Assembly (NCBI GenBank): GCA_017467535.1
Contig: JAFUST010000104.1
Location: 5,131-69,130 of the forward strand
Direction: 5' to 3'
From: Prevotella sp.
Lineage (GTDB): Bacteria > Bacteroidota > Bacteroidia > Bacteroidales > Bacteroidaceae
Length of the DNA stretch: 64,000 nt
Shown: positions 53,861 to 63,914 of the stretch, in pieces
Layout of the letters: the number at the start of each line of letters is the position of its first letter
Position numbering within the stretch: the first letter of the stretch is position 1
The notes under the pieces: generated by a model
Told to the model about the DNA's origin: nothing
The model's database searches: none
The model's input: only the letters and a program-made list of their open reading frames with translations
Translations under genes and position numbers: made by a program

Positions 53861-55669
53861 TCAATCCTTACTCATGTCCGCCACCATCTTGCGATACTGC
53901 GTGTACATGCGCTGACGCGAGATGTAGCCCCTCAAGTGGCGGTCTTTGTCGACCACGGGCAGATAGTCGGCATGAGTCCGCTCAAATGTCTTCACTACAT
54001 CGGTCATCTGGAGCGAGTCGCCAAGCGTGGCCTCCGGCTCCTGCATGAGTTGGGTGGCCGTGAAGTGGTGATAGAGTTCGATGCGAAACACCACATGGCG
54101 TATTTTCGTGATGTCAATCTCTCCCAGAAGCACGCCCCCGGCATCGAGCACAGGAATGATGCTGCTGCGCGAACGGCTGATCTTGCGCACAATCTCGCCC
54201 AGTTCGGTATCGGGCTCCACGGGCAGATAGTCGCGGTCGATGACGCTGTCGAGTTGCATCAACGTGAGCACGGCATGATCGGTATGATGGGTGATGAGTT
54301 GTCCTTCCTTTGCCAGGCGCGAGCCATAGATGCTGTGCGGTTCGAAGAGGATGATGGTCAGATAGGAGGAAACCGATACTATCATCAGCGGCAGGAACAG
54401 GTCGTAGCCACCCGTCAGTTCGGCTATCAGGAAGATGCCCGTCAGCGGCGCATGCATCACGCCCGACATCACGCCGGCCATGCCCATCAGGGCGAAGTTC
54501 TTCTCGGGCACGTGGACGCCCACCTGATACTGGTTCCACAACCGCGAGAACAGGAAGCCGCTGAAGCAGCCGATGAACAACGAGGGGGCAAACGTACCGC
54601 CACAACCGCCTCCGCCGTTGGTGGCTGAGGTGGCAAAGACCTTGGTGAGCAGCACCAGCGCCACATAGGGTATGAGCATCTGCGCCTGACCGGAGAAGAG
54701 CGAGTTGTCCAGTATCCTGTTCGTGGTAGCCTCGTCGCCGCTGAGCAAGGCGTTGATGGAGTTGTAGCCTTCGCCGAAGAGCGACGGGAAGAAGAAGATA
54801 AGCACACTCAGCAGCGAACCGCCCATGACGAGCCTCACGTAGGGCTTGTCCTTGAAGCGGGCGAAGATGTCCTCGCAGAAACCCATCGTACGGATAAAGT
54901 AGAGGCTGACCAACCCGCAGAAGATGCCCAGCAGCACGCAGGCAGGCACACGCTCTACCGTCCACTGGTCCTGCAACTCGAAGGTGAACAACACAGCATC
55001 ACCACTAAAAATATAGGTGAAGCAGGTGGCCGTCACACACGAGACGAGGATGGGCAGCAGCGAGGCCATCGTCAGGTCGATCATCAGCACCTCGAGCGTG
55101 AAGACGAGACCGGCAATGGGCGCCTTGAAGATGCCGGCAATGGCACCGGCAGCACCACAGCCGATGAGCAGCATCAGCGTGCGGCTGTTCAGTTTGAAGA
55201 GTTTGCCCAGATTCGAGCCTATGGCCGAACCCGTCAGCACGATAGGTGCCTCGGCACCCACAGAACCGCCAAAGCCGATGGTGATGGCCGAGGCTATGAC
55301 GGAGGACCAGGTGTTGTGCGACTTCAGCCGCGAGCGCTTCTGGCTGATGGCATAGAGGATGCGCGTGATGCCGTGGGAGATGTTGTCCTTGACCACATAG
55401 CGCACGAAGAGCGAGGTGAGATAGATGCCCACCACGGGGTAGACCAGGTAGAGCCAGTTATAGGTGGAGGCATCAAACGAACTGGTGAGCAGGGCGACAA
55501 TCTGGTTGATGATCCAGTGCAGCACGAAGGCGGCCACGGCGGAGAAAAGGCCCACAAAGAAAGCCAGTATCAGCACGAACATACGTTCGCTGATATGCGT
55601 CTCGCGCCATTCGTTCAGACGCGAGAACCATGATGCCGTTGCCGTAGAGTCGATGGTTGCCTCAGCCAT
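53861..55669 (-). CDS. ClC chloride channel/antiporter with C-terminal CBS domains
   Basis: GGSVGAEAP, GIFKAPIAG, GGTFAPSL, HAPLTG. Confidence 0.92.
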   Translation of the reverse strand: MAEATIDSTATASWFSRLNEWRETHISERMFVLILAFFVGLFSAVAAFVLHWIINQIVALLTSSFDASTYNWLYLVYPVVGIYLTSLFVRYVVKDNISHGITRILYAISQKRSRLKSHNTWSSVIASAITIGFGGSVGAEAPIVLTGSAIGSNLGKLFKLNSRTLMLLIGCGAAGAIAGIFKAPIAGLVFTLEVLMIDLTMASLLPILVSCVTATCFTYIFSGDAVLFTFELQDQWTVERVPACVLLGIFCGLVSLYFIRTMGFCEDIFARFKDKPYVRLVMGGSLLSVLIFFFPSLFGEGYNSINALLSGDEATTNRILDNSLFSGQAQMLIPYVALVLLTKVFATSATNGGGGCGGTFAPSLFIGCFSGFLFSRLWNQYQVGVHVPEKNFALMGMAGVMSGVMHAPLTGIFLIAELTGGYDLFLPLMIVSVSSYLTIILFEPHSIYGSRLAKEGQLITHHTDHAVLTLMQLDSVIDRDYLPVEPDTELGEIVRKISRSRSSIIPVLDAGGVLLGEIDITKIRHVVFRIELYHHFTATQLMQEPEATLGDSLQMTDVVKTFERTHADYLPVVDKDRHLRGYISRQRMYTQYRKMVADMSKD

Positions 55670-55680
55670 TCCGCCATCCC

Positions 55681-56121
55681 CTACGATTTCAGCAGTTTCT
55701 CGAAGAAGTCGTCCAGATCCTTGTCGAGACCTTCCATCAACTCAGAGTCGATAATGACCGTATCGTCGTCCACCACGTGGAGTTCGGCCACCGTCTCATG
55801 GTCGTCGTCCTCCAGCACGAAGGCGTATGGCTTCAGTATCGAGAGATTATCCAGCAGGTCTTTCTGGGCGTCGATACACTTCCTCAGGACAGAAGTGATG
55901 CCCTCATAGAAGTCATCGTCCTTGTTGTCTATCCACTCTTCCACTACGCAGCGCGTCAGTTCCACGTCATCATCGTTGAAGACAACCAACTCGCCCGTCT
56001 CTTGTGTCACCCTGATGTGGACATCGGTCAACATGGCTGCCTCTTGGTCGGCAGGAAACTTGTCGGCCACCTTCTTGAGTGCCCGCCCGATTTGCTGTAG
56101 TGTTTGCTCCGTTGCTTTCAT
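55681..56121 (-). CDS. Acidic hypothetical protein
   Basis: MKATEQ start; ends LDKDLDDFFEKLL; co-oriented with clc and fmt. Confidence 0.75.
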   Translation of the reverse strand: MKATEQTLQQIGRALKKVADKFPADQEAAMLTDVHIRVTQETGELVVFNDDDVELTRCVVEEWIDNKDDDFYEGITSVLRKCIDAQKDLLDNLSILKPYAFVLEDDDHETVAELHVVDDDTVIIDSELMEGLDKDLDDFFEKLLKS

Positions 56122-56142
56122 AATGCTTACCCTATTTTTCTG

Positions 56143-56244
56143 CAAAAGTATCAAAAAAGATTCGTATCTGCAAGAGAATATGAATATTTTTCTAAAATAA
56201 TTTGCAATTCTTGTCCCATTATTCGCAAATTATTCGTACCTTTG
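56143..56244. promoter_or_regulatory. Divergent promoters (TACTTTTG minus 56143-56150; TACCTTTG plus 56237-56244)
   Basis: TAnnTTTG matches toward each divergent operon. Confidence 0.7.
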
Positions 56245-56252
56245 CACATGAA

Positions 56253-56663
56253 ATGGACAACTCAATACGCCACGAGGGCAAAGTTGAATCGATAGAAGGT
56301 AGGCACATTCGGGTGAAGATTGTGCAGAATTCTGCGTGTTCAGCCTGCAAGGTGGCCTCACATTGCAACGCATCTGAGTCGAAAGAAAAGGTGATTGACG
56401 TATTTGGGGCACCCTCGCGAAACCTGCGGGTGGGCGACGAGGTGGTGGTGTCCACTTCGGGCAAGACGGCAGGGCGGGCCCTGGTGCTGGGCTTCGGCCT
56501 TCCATTAGTGCTGATGATGGCCGTACTGGTGCTGATGCTGGCCATCGGACAAAACGAGGGGATAGCCGCCCTGTCGGCTGTAGCGGTGCTTGTGCCCTAC
56601 TACTTCGTGATATGGCTCGTGCGCGACCGCATCGCCAGCACCGTTTCGTTCACCATTGAGTGA
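56253..56663 (+). CDS. rseC: SoxR-reducing system RseC family protein
   Basis: HEG-x-V...SACSAC...C, two TM helices, first gene of the rnf operon. Confidence 0.85.
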   Translation: MDNSIRHEGKVESIEGRHIRVKIVQNSACSACKVASHCNASESKEKVIDVFGAPSRNLRVGDEVVVSTSGKTAGRALVLGFGLPLVLMMAVLVLMLAIGQNEGIAALSAVAVLVPYYFVIWLVRDRIASTVSFTIE

Positions 56664-56718
56664 GCCTGATGAATAAGCAAACTATCAACAAACATTTAAA
56701 AACAAATACTAATTTATT

Positions 56719-57600
56719 ATGGATTTTATCTTGACTGCAGTAATTGTGCTTGGAGGCATCGGACTCATAGCAGCCATCGTGCTGTTTGTCTGCTCCAAGA
56801 AATTTGCCGTCTATGAAGACCCACGCATTGGCCAGGTGAGCGAGTTGCTGCCGGGAGCCAACTGCGGCGGTTGCGGTTTTGCGGGTTGCGGCGGCATGGC
56901 CGATGCACTCGTGAAAGGTGCTGACCTTGGGAGCATCGACGGGCTCAACTGTCCTGTCGGTGGCAGCGAGGTGATGGGTCAGGTGGCCGACCTGCTGGGT
57001 ATGGCCATCGCCAACGGCGACCCGATGGTGGCCGTAGTGAGATGTAATGGCTCGTGCGACCTCCGTCCGAAGGTCAACGAGTATAGTGGCTTGCGCACTT
57101 GTGCTGCGATGAATGCCTGCGGTGCCGGTGAGACGGCCTGCGGCTTCGGCTGCCTGGGCTGTGGCGACTGCGTGGAGGCTTGTCAGTTTGATGCCATCCA
57201 CATCAATCCCGAGACGGGCCTGCCCGAGGTAGACGACGACAAGTGTACGGCCTGCGGCGCCTGTACGAAGGCTTGTCCGCGCCACATCATCGAACTGCGC
57301 AAGAAGGGCCCCAAGAACCGTCGCGTCTTCGTGTCGTGTGTCAACAAGGACAAGGGAGCCGTGGCCATGAAGGCCTGCAAGGCTGCCTGCATCGGCTGTG
57401 GCAAGTGCGTCAAGGAGTGCAAGTTCGAGGCCATCACGGTGGAGAACAACGTCTCCTACATCGACTTCAACAAGTGCCGCCTGTGCAAGAAGTGCGTCGA
57501 GGTTTGCCCCACGAAGGCTATCCACGCCGTCAACTTCCCTGCCCCCAAGCCTGCTCCATCAACACCAACCACAGAAGAAAGAAAGGAGGAAACCGCATGA
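56719..57600 (+). CDS. rnfB: Rnf complex subunit B
   Basis: LPGANCGGCGFAGC and several CxxCxxCxxxC clusters. Confidence 0.93.
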   Translation: MDFILTAVIVLGGIGLIAAIVLFVCSKKFAVYEDPRIGQVSELLPGANCGGCGFAGCGGMADALVKGADLGSIDGLNCPVGGSEVMGQVADLLGMAIANGDPMVAVVRCNGSCDLRPKVNEYSGLRTCAAMNACGAGETACGFGCLGCGDCVEACQFDAIHINPETGLPEVDDDKCTACGACTKACPRHIIELRKKGPKNRRVFVSCVNKDKGAVAMKACKAACIGCGKCVKECKFEAITVENNVSYIDFNKCRLCKKCVEVCPTKAIHAVNFPAPKPAPSTPTTEERKEETA

Positions 57601-58970
57601 ACATCAGAACATTTCGCATAGGTGGTATTCACCCCGAGGAGAACAAACTGACTCACGAAGTGGCCACCCAGGTGGCTCCGCTGCCCAAGCAGGCCATCTT
57701 CCCCCTGTCGCAGCACATTGGCGCTCCGGCCAAGCCTGTCGTCCAGAAAGGCGACAAGGTGAAAGTGGGCACCCTGCTGGCCGAGGCCGGCGGCTTTGTC
57801 TCCGCCCCCATCTACTCATCGGTCAGCGGCACCGTCTTCAAGATCGATTCCGCCATCGATGCCACCGGCTATCGCAAGCCCTCTATTATAATTAATGTGG
57901 AAGGCGACGAATGGGCAGAGACCATCGACCGTTCCGACAAGTTGGAGAAGGTGGCCGACCATCCCGAACTGACGCCCGAGGAAATCGTAGAGCGCATCAA
58001 GGTGGCTGGTGTCACCGGTATGGGCGGCGCTGGATTCCCCACGTTCATCAAACTCTGCCCGCCCCCCACGGCCAAGGCCGAGTGTGTGATTATCAACGCT
58101 GTGGAGTGTGAGCCCTACATCACGGCCGACTATCGCCTGATGATGGAGAAAGCCGACGAGATCCTGGTGGGACTGGAGTTGCTGATGAAGGCCGCCAAGG
58201 TGACGCGCGGCTATATCGGAATCGAGACCAACAAGCCCGCAGCCATCGACCTGCTCACCCAGAAGAGTGCCGAGGTGTTCGGCTCGTCAGCCTATCAGGT
58301 GGAGGTGGTTCCCCTGAAGCAGCGCTACCCGCAGGGCGGTGAGAAGCAGTTGGTCGATGCCGTCATCCGCCGTCAGGTGCCTGCTCCCCCCGCCATCCCC
58401 GTCAATGTTGGAGCAATCGTTCAGAACGTAGGTACTGCCTACGCTGTGTATGAGGCAGTTATGAAGCGAAAGCCCCTCTTCGAGCGCTACACCACGGTGA
58501 CCGGCAAGCGTCTGGCCAAGCCCGGCAACTTCCTGGTGCGCATGGGTACCCCGATGCAGGATCTCATCGACCTCTGCGGCGGTATGCCCGAGGGCGACAA
58601 CAAGTTGCTGGCCGGCGGCCCGATGATGGGCAAGGCCCTCACTTCCGCCGAGGTGCCCGTCTGCAAGGGAACCAACTCGGTGACCATTCTCTCCGGCGAC
58701 GACGCCGTGCGCAAGGAGCCCCAGCCGTGCATCCGCTGCGCCAAGTGCGTGGGTGCCTGTCCTATGGGTCTTGAGCCCTACCTGCTGGCCAAGTTGTCGG
58801 CCTTCAAGGAGTGGGAGCGTGCCGAGAAGGAAGATGTGGTCAGTTGCATCGAGTGCGGCTCGTGCCAGTTCACGTGTCCGGCCCATCGTCCGCTGCTCGA
58901 CAACATCCGTCAGGGCAAGTCCACCGTCATGGGCATCATCCGTGCCCGTGCCGCAGCCGCTAAGAAATGA
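57597..58970 (+). CDS. rnfC: Rnf complex subunit C
   Basis: QHIGAPA, GMGGAGFPT, ECEPYITAD, YPQGGE, GGPMMG, two 4Fe-4S motifs; ATGA overlap with rnfB. Confidence 0.95.
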   Translation: MNIRTFRIGGIHPEENKLTHEVATQVAPLPKQAIFPLSQHIGAPAKPVVQKGDKVKVGTLLAEAGGFVSAPIYSSVSGTVFKIDSAIDATGYRKPSIIINVEGDEWAETIDRSDKLEKVADHPELTPEEIVERIKVAGVTGMGGAGFPTFIKLCPPPTAKAECVIINAVECEPYITADYRLMMEKADEILVGLELLMKAAKVTRGYIGIETNKPAAIDLLTQKSAEVFGSSAYQVEVVPLKQRYPQGGEKQLVDAVIRRQVPAPPAIPVNVGAIVQNVGTAYAVYEAVMKRKPLFERYTTVTGKRLAKPGNFLVRMGTPMQDLIDLCGGMPEGDNKLLAGGPMMGKALTSAEVPVCKGTNSVTILSGDDAVRKEPQPCIRCAKCVGACPMGLEPYLLAKLSAFKEWERAEKEDVVSCIECGSCQFTCPAHRPLLDNIRQGKSTVMGIIRARAAAAKK

Positions 58971-59010
58971 AGAAAAAACGTAAACATGTAAAAACAGAAA
59001 ACATAATACA

Positions 59011-60048
59011 ATGGGAAACTTAATTGTATCATTATCACCACATGCCCACGGAACCGACTCGGTGGAGCGCAACATGTACGGCGTCATCATCGCCCTGCTG
59101 CCCGCGCTGCTCGCCTCGTTCTGGTTCTTCGGCATCGGCTCGGCCATCGTCTGTCTGACCAGCGTGGTGGCCTGTGTGTGTTTCGAGTGGGCCATCAACC
59201 GATTCATCCTCGGTAACCAACAGAATACCGTGCTCGACGGCTCGGCAGCCCTCACGGGCCTGCTGCTGGGCATGAACCTGCCGTCGAACCTTCCCCTCTG
59301 GATCATCATCATCGGTGCCCTCTTCGCCATCGGCGTGGGCAAGATGTCGTTTGGCGGTCTGGGACAGAACATCTTCAACCCCGCCCTCGTAGGCCGTTGC
59401 GTGCTGCTGGTGGCTTTCCCCGCACAGATGACCACATGGCCCAAGGCCGGCAACCTGCTCACCTACCCCATCTCGTCCGATCCCGTCGACGGACTGACCG
59501 GAGCCACGCCGCTCTCGCTGATGAAGCAGGCCATCACGTCCGACGAGCCTCAGAAGTATCTTGACCAACTGCCCTCGTCGCTCGACCTGCTGCTGGGCAA
59601 CCACGTGGGTGCCGCTGGTGCCCTGGGGGCCGGCACCATTGGTGAGGTCTGCGCCCTGGCACTGCTCGTTGGTCTGTGCTTCATGCTGTGGCGCAAGATC
59701 ATCACCTGGCACACCCCTGTCAGCATCATCGGCACCGTCTTCGTCGTCAGCGGCCTGATGCATCTCATCGACCCTGCCCACTATGCCACACCCGTGCAGG
59801 TCATCCTGTCGGGCGGCCTCATGCTCGGCGCCATCTTCATGGCCACTGACTATGTCACCTCGCCAATGACGGGCAAGGGCCAGATCATCTATGGCATCTG
59901 CATCGGCCTGCTCACCATCGTTATCCGCAACTGGGGTGCCTATCCCGAGGGCATGTCGTTTGCCATTCTGATCATGAACGCCTTTACGCCGCTCATCAAC
60001 AACTATGTGAAACCCAAGCGCTTCGGCGAAGTGCCCGCAAAACAATAA
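59011..60048 (+). CDS. rnfD: Rnf complex subunit D
   Basis: FGGLGQNIFNPA, TGATPL (FMN site), FMATDYVTSP. Confidence 0.95.
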   Translation: MGNLIVSLSPHAHGTDSVERNMYGVIIALLPALLASFWFFGIGSAIVCLTSVVACVCFEWAINRFILGNQQNTVLDGSAALTGLLLGMNLPSNLPLWIIIIGALFAIGVGKMSFGGLGQNIFNPALVGRCVLLVAFPAQMTTWPKAGNLLTYPISSDPVDGLTGATPLSLMKQAITSDEPQKYLDQLPSSLDLLLGNHVGAAGALGAGTIGEVCALALLVGLCFMLWRKIITWHTPVSIIGTVFVVSGLMHLIDPAHYATPVQVILSGGLMLGAIFMATDYVTSPMTGKGQIIYGICIGLLTIVIRNWGAYPEGMSFAILIMNAFTPLINNYVKPKRFGEVPAKQ

Positions 60049-60061
60049 GGAGGACTGAGAT

Positions 60062-60784
60062 ATGAAAAAACTACAATCATCTTTATTAAATATGGTGCTG
60101 GTGCTCACGGGCGTGGCTGTCATCATGGGCTGCATCTTGGCCGCCGTGAACAACGTGACCAGCGACCCCATCGCCCAGCAGGAGAAGAAAGCGCTGCAGG
60201 AGGGCATTCAGAAAGTGATGGGCGGACAGACCGTTCAAGCCGGCGAACAGCCCGACACCATCATCAGCATGACCGACAAGAAGGGCAAGACCTTCTACTA
60301 TTCCATCTATAATGTCAAAGACTCCGTGGGCAATCCCATCGGTGCTGCCGTTCAGGATACCGTCAACGGTTTCGGTGGCGACCTCGTGGTGCTTGTAGGC
60401 TTCGACGAGGCTGGCATCATCAAGGGCTACACCCTGCTGAAGCACGCCGAGACGCCGGGTCTGGGCGCCAAGGCCGACGAGTGGTTCAAGAACGAGGACA
60501 AGCCCAAGGCCTGCATCCTGGGCCGCGACGCTTCCGACTCGCTCTATGTGACCAAGGACAACGGCAACGTGGAGGCCATCACCGCCTCGACCATCACCAG
60601 CCGTGCCTTCCTGCTGGCTGTCAACAAGGCCTACGAGGCCTATCGCCTGTCGGCAGGTGCCGCTGCCCCCAACTGTGGCGAGGCCGCCGGCAACTGCTGC
60701 GGCAAGAGCGAGACCTGCGACAAGCCCTGCTGTCAGGAAGAAGGTAACAACGAAGTAGAACCTAAAAACGAGACAGAACAATGA
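60062..60784 (+). CDS. rnfG: Rnf complex subunit G with Cys-rich tail
   Basis: ETPGLG and ITASTITS FMN-binding motif. Confidence 0.92.
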   Translation: MKKLQSSLLNMVLVLTGVAVIMGCILAAVNNVTSDPIAQQEKKALQEGIQKVMGGQTVQAGEQPDTIISMTDKKGKTFYYSIYNVKDSVGNPIGAAVQDTVNGFGGDLVVLVGFDEAGIIKGYTLLKHAETPGLGAKADEWFKNEDKPKACILGRDASDSLYVTKDNGNVEAITASTITSRAFLLAVNKAYEAYRLSAGAAAPNCGEAAGNCCGKSETCDKPCCQEEGNNEVEPKNETEQ

Positions 60785-61362
60785 ACTATCTGAATATCAT
60801 CAAAAACGGCATCGTCAAGGACAACCCCACCTTTGTCCTGATGCTCGGCATGTGTCCTACGCTGGCCACCACCACCTCAGCCCTCAACGGTCTGTCGATG
60901 GGTCTGGCCACGATGGCCGTGCTCATCTGCACCAACGTGGTCATCTCCTGCATGAAGAGCATCACCCCCGACAAGGTGCGCATCCCCGTCTTCATCGTGG
61001 TCATCGCCGCCTTCGTCACCATCCTGCAGATGGTCATCAAGGCCTATCTGCCCGACGTCGACAAGTCGCTGGGCCTCTTCATCCCCCTCATCGTGGTGAA
61101 CTGTATCATCCTGGGCCGCGCTGAGGCCTTTGCAGCCAAGAACTCCCCCCTCGCCTCGCTCTTCGACGGCATCGGCATCGGCCTCGGTTTCACGATGGCC
61201 CTGACGCTGCTGGGCATCGTGCGCGAGGTGCTCGGTTCCGGCTCCATCTTCGGTTTGGCCTTCATCCCCGAGGACTACAACATCCTGCTCTTCGTGCTGG
61301 CTCCCGGTGCCTTCATCACCCTGGGCTATCTCATCGCTATCGTCAACAAACTAAAGAAGTAA
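60781..61362 (+). CDS. rnfE: Rnf complex subunit E
   Basis: LGMCPTLA and FIPLIVVNCIILGRAEAFA. Confidence 0.95.
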   Translation: MNYLNIIKNGIVKDNPTFVLMLGMCPTLATTTSALNGLSMGLATMAVLICTNVVISCMKSITPDKVRIPVFIVVIAAFVTILQMVIKAYLPDVDKSLGLFIPLIVVNCIILGRAEAFAAKNSPLASLFDGIGIGLGFTMALTLLGIVREVLGSGSIFGLAFIPEDYNILLFVLAPGAFITLGYLIAIVNKLKK

Positions 61363-61369
61363 AGACCGT

Positions 61370-61972
61370 ATGGAATACCTATTGATATTTATCAGCGCCA
61401 TCTTCGTCAACAACATCGTGCTGGCGCAGTTCCTGGGCATCTGCCCCTTCCTCGGTGTCTCCAAGAAGATTGACACGTCGCTCGGCATGTCGGCCGCCGT
61501 CGCCTTCGTGATGGTGCTCGCCACGCTGGTCACCTGGCTGGTGCAGATCTACGTGCTCAACGTGTTCCACCTCGAGTACCTGCAGACCATCGTCTTCATC
61601 CTGGTCATTGCCTCGCTCGTGCAGATGGTGGAGATCATCCTGAAGAAAGTCTCACCCGCCCTCTATCAGGCACTGGGCATCTTCCTGCCGCTGATCACCA
61701 CCAACTGCGCCGTGCTCGGCGTGGCCATCCTGGTCATCCAGAAGGAGATGAACCTCGGCCAGTCCATCATGTACGCCTTCTCCACCGCCTTGGGCTTCGG
61801 CCTCGCCCTGACCGTCTTTGCCGGCATCCGCGAGCAGTTGGCCCTCACCAATGTGCCCAAGGGCATGCGCGGCATGGCCATCGTGCTGGTGTCGGCCGGT
61901 CTGCTCAGCCTCGCCTTCATGGGCTTCTCTGGCGTCGACGGCGGCCTGCGCAAGGTCTTTGGTCTCGACTAA
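61370..61972 (+). CDS. rnfA: Rnf complex subunit A
   Basis: FLGICPFLGVS and FLPLITTNCAVLG. Confidence 0.95.
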   Translation: MEYLLIFISAIFVNNIVLAQFLGICPFLGVSKKIDTSLGMSAAVAFVMVLATLVTWLVQIYVLNVFHLEYLQTIVFILVIASLVQMVEIILKKVSPALYQALGIFLPLITTNCAVLGVAILVIQKEMNLGQSIMYAFSTALGFGLALTVFAGIREQLALTNVPKGMRGMAIVLVSAGLLSLAFMGFSGVDGGLRKVFGLD

Positions 61973-61998
61973 TCCATCCCGCATATTTTGTTTCGGGC

Positions 61999-62036
61999 AA
62001 AGGGCTATCAGGATGCTGTTCCTGGTAGCCCTTTTT
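61999..62036 (+). terminator. Intrinsic terminator of the rnf operon
   Basis: aaagggctatcagga...tcctggtagcccttttt. Confidence 0.8.
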
Positions 62037-62251
62037 GTGCAGCCTCGTCTGCCGACCTGCTAATTTTTATTTAAATTAAGTGATTAAACGAATGTAAATT
62101 TTGTCAGGCCGCTCGCAAACGGACTTTAAAGGGTGGCCGTGAAATGTTAAATTGCAACAAAAAGAGCGGACAAATTGTCAGTTTCCGACATTTTGACTAT
62201 ATATTTGCACCAACGGTTTTCAGCAACAAAAGAATCATTAACAAAACGAAC

Positions 62252-63763
62252 ATGAATATGAAAAAGATTGCAAATTATCTGGTTCCGACTCTCAGTCTGG
62301 CCGCCATTGTTTTCTCGGTAGCAGCCCTCAACCAAACACATGCCGCTACAAGTAACACCCCATCGGTAACAACGATGACAGAGATGGCATCGATGCCCGC
62401 CGCACAGCCGGTCGATCTGACCTATGCTGCCGAAAAGGCCTTGCCATCGGTGGTCTACATCCGTTCGGTCATCAACTCTAAGATTCAGACCGTCGAGGTG
62501 CAGAGCGATCCGTTCGAGGATTTCTTCAGCGACCCGTTCGGCGGATTCTTCGGACGTGGACAGCGCGGCCAGGGCAACACTCGCAAGCGCCAGGTGCAGA
62601 CCCCCAAGCGCGATGCAGCAGGCTCGGGCGTGATCATCTCTGCCGATGGCTACATCGTGACCAACAACCACGTGGTCGACGGGGCTGACGAACTGACCGT
62701 GAGTCTGTCGGACAACAAGGAGTATTCGGCCCGCGTGATCGGTGCCGACAAGACCACCGACCTGGCCCTCATCAAGATTGACGGCCGCAACCTGCCCGCC
62801 ATCAGCATCGCCAACAGCGACAACGTGAAGGTAGGCGAATGGGTTCTGGCCATCGGCAACCCGCTCGGCCTGAACAACACGGTGACCGCCGGCATCATCT
62901 CAGCCAAGGCCCGCACGCTGGGTGCCAATGGTGTGGAGAGTTTCATCCAGACCGATGCTGCCATCAACCAGGGCAACTCGGGTGGCGCACTCGTCAACAC
63001 TAACGGCGAACTCATCGGCATCAACGCCATGCTCTACTCGCAGACGGGTTCCAACATCGGCTACGGCTTTGCGATCCCCACCACGATGATGAACAAGGTG
63101 GTAGACGACCTGAAGCAGTACGGCACCGTGCAGCGCGCCCTGATCGGTATCAGCGGACGCGACGTGAAGGCCCAGGTGGATCAGGAGAAAGAGGAAGGCA
63201 AGGAAGCCACTGACTACGGCACGATGGAGGGCATCTATGTGGCTGAAGTCGTGGAGAGCAGCGCTGCCGCCGAGGCCGGTATCGAGAAGGGCGACGTGAT
63301 CATCGAGGTGGACGGTCAGAAGGTGACCAAGTTCGGCGATCTCTCGGGCATCATTGCCCAGAAGCGTCCTGGCGACAAGGTGACCATCACCTATCTGCAC
63401 AACAAGCACAAGCACACCAAGCAGGTGACGCTGCGCAACGAACAGGGCACCACCCGGGTGGTGAAGAATGCCGATCTGGACGTGCTGGGAGCCGACTTCC
63501 GCGAGGTGACACAGCAGCAGAAGGAGCAACTGGAGATTCAGTATGGCCTGGAGGTCATCAAGGTGACTGGCGGCAAGATGAAGGAGGCCGGCGTGCCCAA
63601 GGGCTTCATCATCCGTCAGGTGAACGACGAGCCGATGAAGACTGTGGAGGACCTGCAGGAAGCAGTCAAGACTGCCTCCACTTCGAAGGAGCCCGTGCTC
63701 ATCATCAAGGGCGTGTTCCCCACCGGCAAGCGCGGCTACTATGTGGTGCAGTTGGACAACTAA
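62252..63763 (+). CDS. degP: HtrA/DegP (Do/DeqQ) serine protease with PDZ domains
   Basis: GSGVII, TNNHVV, DLAL, QTDAAINQGNSGG; promoter element TATATTTG at 62200-62207. Confidence 0.92.
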   Translation: MNMKKIANYLVPTLSLAAIVFSVAALNQTHAATSNTPSVTTMTEMASMPAAQPVDLTYAAEKALPSVVYIRSVINSKIQTVEVQSDPFEDFFSDPFGGFFGRGQRGQGNTRKRQVQTPKRDAAGSGVIISADGYIVTNNHVVDGADELTVSLSDNKEYSARVIGADKTTDLALIKIDGRNLPAISIANSDNVKVGEWVLAIGNPLGLNNTVTAGIISAKARTLGANGVESFIQTDAAINQGNSGGALVNTNGELIGINAMLYSQTGSNIGYGFAIPTTMMNKVVDDLKQYGTVQRALIGISGRDVKAQVDQEKEEGKEATDYGTMEGIYVAEVVESSAAAEAGIEKGDVIIEVDGQKVTKFGDLSGIIAQKRPGDKVTITYLHNKHKHTKQVTLRNEQGTTRVVKNADLDVLGADFREVTQQQKEQLEIQYGLEVIKVTGGKMKEAGVPKGFIIRQVNDEPMKTVEDLQEAVKTASTSKEPVLIIKGVFPTGKRGYYVVQLDN

Positions 63764-63789
63764 GAATCCCATCTGAGATAACAGGAATT

Positions 63790-63827
63790 GGGGGAAATCG
63801 GGAATCAATGCAGCCCGGTTTCCCCCA
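63790..63827 (+). terminator. Hairpin downstream of degP
   Basis: gggggaaatcggg...cccggtttccccc. Confidence 0.5.
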
Positions 63828-63914
63828 TTCTCTGAGAAAAATAACAACTTTATTTGGCTGTTTCATTTTTTATCCGTACCTTTGCCGCCAATTAGGCTTT
63901 AAACTGGTACCAAG

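Noticed and set aside
57243-57596. Extended RnfC N-terminus in the ORF track
   Set aside because: Overlaps rnfB out of frame; RnfC-like sequence begins at ATG 57597
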